Positions 27,818 to 35,642 of a stretch of 35,884 nt of DNA are shown one piece after another; positions within the stretch are counted from its first letter, which is position 1; each line of letters starts with the position of its first letter. The DNA is from Bacteroides sp. (lineage in GTDB: Bacteria; Bacteroidota; Bacteroidia; Bacteroidales; SM23-62): the NCBI GenBank assembly GCA_030667765.1, contig DAOUVF010000001.1, forward strand, positions 1-35,884, in the 5' to 3' direction. Under the pieces are notes generated by a model. It was not told the origin of the DNA. It ran no database searches and worked only from the letters and a program-made list of their open reading frames with translations. A program made the position numbers and the translations under genes.

Positions 27818-28243
27818 ATGATGACTGTAGCCAGATTATTAATCGTCTTGTTTGCACTCTCCATAATTGCCTGTGAGAAAAACAATGAAAACGCAGCGGC
27901 CACTACTGATCATTTGATCGGAAGCTGGTTCAACCCGCAGTACAATGATTCAATTGTCACTTTTGAGAGATCTGAGGGACTAGTCGATAATGAATGTAGT
28001 TTTTCATTCAAAGAGGATAAAACTTTTATCGAACGTAAAAATGCAGGATGGTGTGGGACCCCACCCATTTCATATGCAGATTTTGACGGTATCTGGTCCG
28101 AAAATGACTCCATCATAGAAATCACCGTTGATTACTGGGGAGGTACAGCAGAATATACATGGAAGGTCTTATCGATTGATGAACTTACCCTGAAGATAAT
28201 CCGCCTGGAAGAGGATTACAACCTCGAAAATCAGAATATCTAA
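27818..28243 (+). CDS. Small lipocalin-like lipoprotein, unknown function
   Basis: 141 aa with lipobox LSIIAC. The pattern GSW...F...G...W.....L.L is typical of lipocalin-like Bacteroidota lipoproteins. A decayed paralogous fragment lies at 35497-35628. Confidence 0.6.
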   Translation: MMTVARLLIVLFALSIIACEKNNENAAATTDHLIGSWFNPQYNDSIVTFERSEGLVDNECSFSFKEDKTFIERKNAGWCGTPPISYADFDGIWSENDSIIEITVDYWGGTAEYTWKVLSIDELTLKIIRLEEDYNLENQNI

Positions 28244-28365
28244 TAACCCCTTTTACTTCTCTAATGATCAGTGATTTTATGGCTGATTAGTCCGTTAGGA
28301 ATTGTTGACCCGCCAGAATTAAACTATTTCATGTAAATTTATAGATCCTGGACTGGGGTTGGCAT

Positions 28366-29574
28366 ATGAATCCAAAAGCTTATTTAATTATAATCACATT
28401 TTTTGCATTCATCGGATGCAAAATGCAGATCAGTTCGAATATTTCTGATAAAGAAGCATTTAATGCTGCCTTAGCAAAGGCAAGCCCAGGTGATACGATA
28501 TTTTTATCGTCCGGGACTTTCAAGGATTGGGAAGCAACCATAAATGTATCCGGTGCTGAAAATAATCCTATAGTCATTTCGGGGTCAAAAAAAGCACCAA
28601 CGGTTTTCAGTGATTCCATTACAGGAAATCCCTTTTTTCGAATTAAGGGGCAATATATTGAACTTACCAATATTGAATTTAGCAATACAAATTTCAGATA
28701 TCCCATCGTTGTGCTGGATTCATGTTCCCATTCCAGTATCAGTAACTGCATTTTTAAGAACAATACTGCCATGAAGCAATTCAACCATATGGTGTCTGTC
28801 AGTGGGAATGGCAGTAATAACCATATTGTCCATTGTACTTTCGATAATATTGCCGATGGGCAATTGGTATCAGTCCGGGTTCGTGAGGAATATCCGACGA
28901 AAACCCTCGTAGCACATAATACTTTTATGAACATCCCACCGAATAAATATGGAAACGGTGCAGAATCTGTGCAGGTAGGTCAGGATGCAGTGAACTATGG
29001 AACTGCGAAGCCTGAAGTAACTGTAGAGAATAATACATTTATTCGATGCAATGGCGAAGCAGAAATAATCAGCAATAAATGCTCAGGCAATATATACCGG
29101 AACAACCATTTTGGAAATTGTAAAGGTGCCATCGTAATGCGTGGTGGCCACGAATGTGAAATTTCTGGAAACACATTCCAGGGAGGAATAATGGGCGTAA
29201 GGCTGAGTGGTACCAGTCATCATGTATATAATAATGAAATCAATAATACTGAAGTTGGCATTTTATTGCTTTACGGTACGGGGGTCGAATATGAACCAGC
29301 TTTTTATACTGCAGTATCAAACTGTGTTATTGAGAAGAATATCATTTTTGAACCCAAGAAGTGTGGTATATTAATAGGAGATAAAAAAGACGCAACCAGG
29401 CTCCTGAATAATGTTGGGAAGCACGCCATGTTGGATTCAGTCCTCAGGCATATTTATCCGCCAGTGAATAATAAATTTTTATCCAATACCATAACCGCCG
29501 ATAAGGGTAAACATATCATCATTGATGATGCCCCTGATAATTTAATTGATAATAATATACTTCGAGAACCTTAA
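28366..29574 (+). CDS. PL6-like right-handed beta-helix polysaccharide lyase lipoprotein (chondroitinase B / alginate lyase family)
   Basis: Lipobox FAFIGC. The N-terminus is L..A...ASPGDTIFLSSGTF. The catalytic-centre-like block is NGEAEIISNKCSGNIYRNNHFGNCKGAIVMRGGHECEISGNTF, with an ExE Ca-site, Lys and Arg in the spacing I recall for PL6. Confidence 0.7.
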   Translation: MNPKAYLIIITFFAFIGCKMQISSNISDKEAFNAALAKASPGDTIFLSSGTFKDWEATINVSGAENNPIVISGSKKAPTVFSDSITGNPFFRIKGQYIELTNIEFSNTNFRYPIVVLDSCSHSSISNCIFKNNTAMKQFNHMVSVSGNGSNNHIVHCTFDNIADGQLVSVRVREEYPTKTLVAHNTFMNIPPNKYGNGAESVQVGQDAVNYGTAKPEVTVENNTFIRCNGEAEIISNKCSGNIYRNNHFGNCKGAIVMRGGHECEISGNTFQGGIMGVRLSGTSHHVYNNEINNTEVGILLLYGTGVEYEPAFYTAVSNCVIEKNIIFEPKKCGILIGDKKDATRLLNNVGKHAMLDSVLRHIYPPVNNKFLSNTITADKGKHIIIDDAPDNLIDNNILREP

Positions 29575-29584
29575 AAGATCTATT

Positions 29585-31012
29585 ATGAAAAAAAGCATGC
29601 AATTCCTGGCTTTACTCTTACTGGTAGGCCATGGTTGTACAAACAAGCAGAAACAAACGGATAAAGATGCCAATCTGCAAGCTGGCCGCCCGAATATCGT
29701 GTTGATTATCTCCGATGATCAAGGATATCATGACCTTGGCTGTTATGGGGCGACAGATGTAAAAACACCTACATTGGACCGGATAGCTTCAGAAGGGGTA
29801 CGACTGACCAACTTTTATGTTACTTGTTCTTTTTGTACTCCTTCAAGAGGAAGCCTGTTAACAGGACGTTATCCACAACGCAACGGCACCTATGATCTTT
29901 TCCGGAACGACAGGGTCAATGACGGACATCTATACCAGTCATATGAATACAGCATCTCATCGGAACGAATTCTCGGTATGGATTTGCGGGAGGTATTAAT
30001 TTCTGAACTCCTTCAGGAAGCCGGATACATAAACGGATGTTTTGGAAAATGGGACCTGGGACAATTGCAACGGTATTTGCCGCTGCAACAAGGTTTCAAC
30101 CGTTACTACGGATTCGTTAATACCGGAGTCGATTACTTTACACATGAACGATATGGAGTACCTTCCATGTACGAGGATAATCAACCTACCATAAAAGATA
30201 AAGGCACATATTGTACTGATCTGTTTGAGAGGGAAGCCATTAAATTTCTGAAAGAGAATATAGACAAACCGTTTTTCCTCTATCTACCTTTTAACGCACC
30301 GCATTACGGATCAAACCAGCATAAAGAGGATCCACGGTACCCCGTACAGGCCACCCAGGAATATCTCGATATGTATCCGGAAGCATTCGAAAAAGGTGAT
30401 TACAAGCGCCAGGGTACCATGGCTTCAATTACTGATATGGATAATGCCATCGGTAATATTCTGCAGGTGATCGAAGATGCGGGTAAGGCAGACAATACCC
30501 TGGTCATATTTCTATCGGATAATGGCGGTGGTGGTGGTAGTGTCAATGATCCGCTCAAGGGAGGAAAAGGCAATTTTTTTGAAGGTGGCATCCGTGTACC
30601 TTGCATTATTAAGTGGCCGGAAAAGATTCCTGGAGATCAGGTTATCGATAATTTCCTTAGTTCACTGGAGATATTCCCGACCATTATATCTGCTGTGGGT
30701 TTAGATGAACCAGATGACGTGATCCTCGATGGTTTTAACATGCTGCCAGTTCTCTCTGGAGAGGATAAAGATCTTGAACGCCAGGAAATGTACTGGGAAG
30801 CCAGGGATAAGGTTGCTGTACGCATTGGAATTTGGAAGCTGGTAGACAATATTGATGAAAAAGGTTTTTATGACCTTTCTAAGGATATTTCTGAAGAAAC
30901 GGATTTAACTGATTTACTGCCTGATAAATTTGCTGAGATAAATAATATGTTCAAGGAATGGCAGCAAGAAATAGCCAATACTGAACCACGCGGACCATTT
31001 AAGGATTACTAG
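29585..31012 (+). CDS. S1-family (formylglycine-dependent) sulfatase lipoprotein
   Basis: Start reassigned to the ATG at 29585 (MKKSMQFLALLLLVGHGC lipobox). Motifs: NIVLIISDDQGYHDLGCYG, the signature CSFCTPSRGSLLTGRY (CxPxR), and LSDNGG. Confidence 0.88.
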   Translation: MKKSMQFLALLLLVGHGCTNKQKQTDKDANLQAGRPNIVLIISDDQGYHDLGCYGATDVKTPTLDRIASEGVRLTNFYVTCSFCTPSRGSLLTGRYPQRNGTYDLFRNDRVNDGHLYQSYEYSISSERILGMDLREVLISELLQEAGYINGCFGKWDLGQLQRYLPLQQGFNRYYGFVNTGVDYFTHERYGVPSMYEDNQPTIKDKGTYCTDLFEREAIKFLKENIDKPFFLYLPFNAPHYGSNQHKEDPRYPVQATQEYLDMYPEAFEKGDYKRQGTMASITDMDNAIGNILQVIEDAGKADNTLVIFLSDNGGGGGSVNDPLKGGKGNFFEGGIRVPCIIKWPEKIPGDQVIDNFLSSLEIFPTIISAVGLDEPDDVILDGFNMLPVLSGEDKDLERQEMYWEARDKVAVRIGIWKLVDNIDEKGFYDLSKDISEETDLTDLLPDKFAEINNMFKEWQQEIANTEPRGPFKDY

Positions 31013-31072
31013 ATCTGGAATAGTCGAGAATGCTGATTAACAATATATTGGGAACTTAATAAACAATTCAAA

Positions 31073-33127
31073 ATGTCAAGATTAGTAAATAATTACTTTA
31101 ATTTATGCTGCTTAACACTCTTTATTATAATATTTTCTGGGTGTCACACAAACCAGGAAATACTTTTTTTCGATGATTTTAATGACATAAAACGAGGCCC
31201 GTACTCTATTGCTGTGGGTGCACATACCGAGTATCATTATCTGCACGAGGCTGCCCCAAAAGGAAAATGGGAGGTTTCTACCTTTACCTGGCATAGGATG
31301 CTGCCTTGGTCAGTTCGGGCAAATGCAGAAGGTGACAATCAAATGGTGTGTGATGTAATCAATGATTTCAGTTCCTATACTCATCCAATGCTCTGCGCAG
31401 GCAATCGTTTTTGGGGAGATTATGAACTTTCAGTCAATCTGGATATTGAGAGCGACGAAAAAATGAGTGGCATCATTGCCCGGTATCAAAACGACAGGTG
31501 TTATTATGTATTCTGTCTCGACAATGGCAAGGCTCAAATTAGATATGTTCATCATGCCAGGGCCTTTCATGAACCTTATGAAGAAATATTGGCTGAAGAG
31601 GAATATAATCTTGTACCGGGCAAGAATATGACCATGCAATTTTCTGCGAGGGGAAACAAGTTAACCGGCACCATAGGCGATGTGCTTATTGAGGCAAATG
31701 ATGACAGATATAAAAATGGTAAAGTAGCTCTTGTGTCAGATGTTCCTGTTAAGTACAATTGGGTAAAAGTCACAAGTACCCGAAAAGAAAAAGAGGAATT
31801 TGAATCTATGGAAAAGGAATTTGAAGAAGAAGTTCGGAAAGTCAAGGAAGAGATCCCTGGTATGGTGGTCTGGAAAAAACTTAACACAAAGGGATTTGGT
31901 GTAGGCAGGAATTTACGCTTTGGTGACCTGGATGGGGATGGCGAACCAGATTTTCTGGTCACCCAGGTAAAAAGGCATGGTCCCGGGGATGCCAACAGTG
32001 AGGTTGGATGTATGACGGCGATGACTTTTGATGGCGAGAGATTATGGCAGATTGGAAAACCCGACAGGGACAATGCAGAGTTGACAAATGATGTTGGGGT
32101 TCAAATCCACGACATTAATAATGACGGAAAAAATGAAGTGATTTACTGCAAGAACTTTGAGATAGTGGTTGCTGAAGGCTGTACCGGAAAAACCTTATAT
32201 AAAACCCCAACCCCAAAGGTTACAAACAAGGATCCAAACGAAAGACAGAATATCTTCGACAGGATCCTGGGAGATTGTTTATTTTTCTGTGATCTGAGCG
32301 GAAAAGGATATGATGGAGATATCATCATCAAGGACAGGTACAAGCGGGTATGGGCATACAACAGCAATTTGCAGCTGTTGTGGTACAACTTCATTAATAC
32401 CGGACATTATCCATATGCTTATGACGTGGACGGCGACGGCAAAGATGAAGTTGCCATCGGCTACAGCATGATTGATGATGATGGTTCTATTATCTGGTCA
32501 CTGGATGAGGAGCTGGATGATCATGCTGATGGAATTGCTGTTGTCCGGTATAAAGAGGATGAGGAACCTGTTATATTATGCTCCGCCAGCGATGAAGGAA
32601 TATTCTTTGCTGACATAAACGGGAATATTATAAAACACCATTACCTGGGACATGTACAGAATCCTGCTGTAGCTAATTTCCGGGATGACCTGCCCGGCCT
32701 GGAAACAGTCTCTATCAATTTCTGGGGCAACCAGGGTATCCTCAACTTTTTTGATGCAGATGGCGAACCCTATCTTTCGATTGAACCAAACCAGTATGGA
32801 AGCATGTGTCTGCCCGTTAACTGGACCGGGAGGAGTGAAGAATTTTTCGTGCTCAATGCCAATGTTGATGAGGGTGGGATTTATGATGGCTTTGGCAGGA
32901 GGGTGCTCGATTTTCCGGATGACGGGCACCCTGACATGTGCAATGCCGTACTTGACATCACCGGTGATTGCCGTGATGAAATTGTTGTATGGGACCATCA
33001 TAAGATCTGGGTGTACTCACAGGATGACAGTCCCAAAACAGGAAAACTATTCAAACCCGAAAGGAATCCCCTATCAAATTATTCCAATTACCAGGCTACA
33101 GTATCCCTGCCCGGGTGGGAAAATTAA
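31073..33127 (+). CDS. Lipoprotein with an N-terminal LamG/DUF1080-like jelly-roll and a C-terminal FG-GAP beta-propeller distantly resembling PL11 rhamnogalacturonan lyases
   Basis: Lipobox IFSGC. A concanavalin-like segment spans aa ~30-230 (FWGDYELSVNL...GIIARYQNDRCYYVF...GKVALV). A charged linker follows. The repeated Ca-binding-type loops are GDLDGDGEPDFLV, HDINNDGKNEVIY and YDVDGDGKDEVAIGYSMIDDDGS. The C-terminus DITGDCRDEIVVWDHHKIWVY parallels the YesW/YesX layout from memory. Confidence 0.5.
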   Translation: MSRLVNNYFNLCCLTLFIIIFSGCHTNQEILFFDDFNDIKRGPYSIAVGAHTEYHYLHEAAPKGKWEVSTFTWHRMLPWSVRANAEGDNQMVCDVINDFSSYTHPMLCAGNRFWGDYELSVNLDIESDEKMSGIIARYQNDRCYYVFCLDNGKAQIRYVHHARAFHEPYEEILAEEEYNLVPGKNMTMQFSARGNKLTGTIGDVLIEANDDRYKNGKVALVSDVPVKYNWVKVTSTRKEKEEFESMEKEFEEEVRKVKEEIPGMVVWKKLNTKGFGVGRNLRFGDLDGDGEPDFLVTQVKRHGPGDANSEVGCMTAMTFDGERLWQIGKPDRDNAELTNDVGVQIHDINNDGKNEVIYCKNFEIVVAEGCTGKTLYKTPTPKVTNKDPNERQNIFDRILGDCLFFCDLSGKGYDGDIIIKDRYKRVWAYNSNLQLLWYNFINTGHYPYAYDVDGDGKDEVAIGYSMIDDDGSIIWSLDEELDDHADGIAVVRYKEDEEPVILCSASDEGIFFADINGNIIKHHYLGHVQNPAVANFRDDLPGLETVSINFWGNQGILNFFDADGEPYLSIEPNQYGSMCLPVNWTGRSEEFFVLNANVDEGGIYDGFGRRVLDFPDDGHPDMCNAVLDITGDCRDEIVVWDHHKIWVYSQDDSPKTGKLFKPERNPLSNYSNYQATVSLPGWEN

Positions 33128-33145
33128 ACAGTAAACCATCGAATA

Positions 33146-34237
33146 ATGAAATATTGCTTACTCATAATAACATCATTTTTCCTCTCTGTATATGTTCAGG
33201 GACAGAAATCTCCATATCCACAAAGTGAAGTGATAAAAGATATCAAATTTCACTGGGCGTTCCATAATAGATTGGCTTCCGGGAGTGATAACTGGCCGGT
33301 AACCTGGGCTGATGATGACAATCAGTACCTTGTTTGGGGAGACGGAGGTGGATTCGGGGGCACCAACAGTATTGGGAGATCAAGCATAGGAATTGCCCGG
33401 ATCGAAGGAAGCTGGCACAGTTACCAGGCCAGCAATATCTGGGGAGGTTATAATCCCGAAAACGAGCATGATATAATTGGGAAAAGTTATGGAATCGTAT
33501 GTATCAATTCAGTATTGTACATGTGGGTTGGAATGTTCCATACGAAAGAAGACCAGTTCGATGAAGTTAAAATTGCCCATTCTAAAGATCATGGGGCTTC
33601 CTGGGAATTTACCGATTGGTCTTTTACCCGTAAAGAAGGAATTATGATGCCCACGGTCTGTAATTTTGGCAAAAACTATGAGGGTGCGAAGGATGACTAT
33701 GTTTATAGTTATCTGATTCGATTTCAATCGTATGAAGGGTCTGATGATTACCCGGACAAAGTGGATTGGTTAAACTGTCAAAAACCAGGACTTATTGATC
33801 TGGCAAGGGTTCCTAAGAATCAGGTGTTAGATCGGAATGCATATTCTTTTTTTGCAGGAATGGAGGATGGCCGACCTGTCTGGACAAAAGACATAAATCA
33901 GCGAAAGCCGGTTTTTGAAAATCCGGACGGTGTTGGCTGGTGTATAAATGTAAGTTTTAATGAGGGACTGCAGCGTTACATGCTGACTTCAGAACATTCT
34001 GAAACCCACCGTGGGAATATCGGCATTTTTGATGCCCCGAATCCCTGGGGTCCATGGACAACCGTATGCTACCAGAGAAAATGGGGAGAAGGACATATCC
34101 CTTTGAACACATTCTTCTGGAACTTCTCCAATAAATGGCTTAGCGAAGACGGAAAATCTTTCTCACTGATCTTCACAGGCAGAAAAGAAAATGACTCATT
34201 CAATGTAATCAGGGGAGAGTTTGTTACAAGCGATTAA
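33146..34237 (+). CDS. Secreted protein of unknown function with one Asp-box (BNR) motif, probably a beta-propeller glycosidase-like fold
   Basis: SPI-type signal (FFLSVYVQGQ). Motifs: SDNWPVTWADDDNQYLVWGDGGGFGG and the Asp-box SKDHGASW. I cannot place it in a named family. Confidence 0.45.
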   Translation: MKYCLLIITSFFLSVYVQGQKSPYPQSEVIKDIKFHWAFHNRLASGSDNWPVTWADDDNQYLVWGDGGGFGGTNSIGRSSIGIARIEGSWHSYQASNIWGGYNPENEHDIIGKSYGIVCINSVLYMWVGMFHTKEDQFDEVKIAHSKDHGASWEFTDWSFTRKEGIMMPTVCNFGKNYEGAKDDYVYSYLIRFQSYEGSDDYPDKVDWLNCQKPGLIDLARVPKNQVLDRNAYSFFAGMEDGRPVWTKDINQRKPVFENPDGVGWCINVSFNEGLQRYMLTSEHSETHRGNIGIFDAPNPWGPWTTVCYQRKWGEGHIPLNTFFWNFSNKWLSEDGKSFSLIFTGRKENDSFNVIRGEFVTSD

Positions 34238-34243
34238 TCCAAA

Positions 34244-35431
34244 CTAGAAAAGATTGACAGGGTTCAATCTCAGAAATTCCTGCCAGGGTATGCCTCCCTC
34301 CCCGACAAGAATTGATTTTTCAGGTTTGAATTTTCTGCTAAAGGCATCCATACCATGCGTTTTACCGGGGGTACCGCTTTTTACCTCCAGCGCAATGATC
34401 CTGCCGTCATATTCAAGTATAAAATCAACCTCATGGTTACCATGTCTCCAGTAAAACAATTTGTAATGCTGAGTCATCGAATGGTTGAGCAAATGTGCTC
34501 CAATAGCAGATTCAACCCAACTGCCCCAATTTTCGTGGCTGTTGACAATTACATTCATTCCGGATATCTGCTGAGCAGATATAAGCGCTGTGTTATGAAC
34601 CTGAAATTTCGGACTTGATGCACGTTGTCTTATAATAGCCGGGCTGTATTTCTCCAAACCTCCAATTAATCCCGCCGTATCCAGTAAATTCAAATAATGG
34701 GCAAGGGTAGTAGTATTTCCTGCTTCCTGCAACTGTCCCATAATTTTATTGTACGATAATATCTGACCTGATAATGTACACCCCAATTCAAACAATCTTC
34801 TCATGAGTGCAGGCTTATCCACCCTTGTAAGAAGCAGTATGTCCCTGAATATACTTGTTTCGATAAGTGATTCCCTTATGTACTGTTTCCATCTTTCCTC
34901 GTCGGCAATCAAATCGGCTCCACCAGGATATCCACCATACCATACATATTGTTCAGGTGTAAATCCAAAAGCCTCTTGCATTTCTGCAAATGTCCAATGT
35001 CCAACATAGAGGGTCTCAAACCTTCCAGCCAAAGATTCCGTTAATCCTCTCTGAATCAGTAATCTGGAAGATCCAAGGAGAATCACTTTCAGTCCGGTTT
35101 TATTCCGGGTATCTTCATCCCATAGTTTTTTTACTATTTCACTCCATCCCTGTATTTTCTGTATCTCGTCTATAACGAGTACACCTTCATTCTTTCCAGA
35201 ATCAGTAAGCATTGCCCTGGCAGCATTCCATTGTTGCTCCAACCAAAAAACCTGATCAGCAAACACTGCATCTGAAGAGGCATAATAATATGGTAGTGAA
35301 ATCTGTTCAGAAAATTGGTTTACTAAAGTGGTTTTACCTACCTGTCTTGGACCGTATACTACCTGTATATGACGTCTTGGTTCAGATTTAATACGTTTTG
35401 CAAGTATTTGTTTATTAATACGTTCGTACAT
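34244..35431 (-). CDS. AAA+ ATPase (AAA_14-like) fused to a DUF4143 / PD-(D/E)xK nuclease-like C-terminal domain
   Basis: Walker A YGPRQVGKTTL, Walker B VLVIDEIQ, and the C-terminal HEVDFILEYDGRIIALEVKSG (a D...ExK pattern). I prefer the ATG at 35431 (MYERINK...) over the TTG at 35467, which would put a 26-bp perfect palindrome inside the coding region. Confidence 0.8.
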   Translation of the reverse strand: MYERINKQILAKRIKSEPRRHIQVVYGPRQVGKTTLVNQFSEQISLPYYYASSDAVFADQVFWLEQQWNAARAMLTDSGKNEGVLVIDEIQKIQGWSEIVKKLWDEDTRNKTGLKVILLGSSRLLIQRGLTESLAGRFETLYVGHWTFAEMQEAFGFTPEQYVWYGGYPGGADLIADEERWKQYIRESLIETSIFRDILLLTRVDKPALMRRLFELGCTLSGQILSYNKIMGQLQEAGNTTTLAHYLNLLDTAGLIGGLEKYSPAIIRQRASSPKFQVHNTALISAQQISGMNVIVNSHENWGSWVESAIGAHLLNHSMTQHYKLFYWRHGNHEVDFILEYDGRIIALEVKSGTPGKTHGMDAFSRKFKPEKSILVGEGGIPWQEFLRLNPVNLF

Positions 35432-35438
35432 AATTTTC

Positions 35439-35464
35439 AATTTGCTCAATATATTGAGCAAATT
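35439..35464. promoter_or_regulatory. 26-bp perfect palindrome (candidate operator or 5' hairpin) just upstream of the ATPase gene
   Basis: aatttgctcaata|tattgagcaaatt. I verified that each half is the exact reverse complement of the other. It ends 8 nt from the ATG at 35431. Confidence 0.5.
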
Positions 35465-35496
35465 CAAAATAAACTGGTAAACTGGCTCTAATACAA

Positions 35497-35628
35497 TTGA
35501 TCTTTTGCTGGCTCAATCCATAACACAATGATTCCAGAATAGAAATCACCATTGAATACTGGGGAGGTACTTCAGATTTTAAATGAAGAATTATACCGCT
35601 TGATGAGGCAATGTTGAAAATGAACTGA
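35497..35628 (+). pseudogene. Decayed 3' fragment of a paralogue of the 27818-28243 lipocalin-like lipoprotein gene
   Basis: 35527-35628 translates NDSRIEITIEYWGGTSDFK*RIIPLDEAMLKMN*. The intact gene at 28103 onward reads NDSIIEITVDYWGGTAEYTWKVLSIDELTLKI. 39 of the first 45 nt are identical by hand alignment. TGG has become TGA at 35584-35586. The 5' two-thirds of the gene are absent. Confidence 0.6.
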
Positions 35629-35642
35629 CTTTTAATCTGCGA

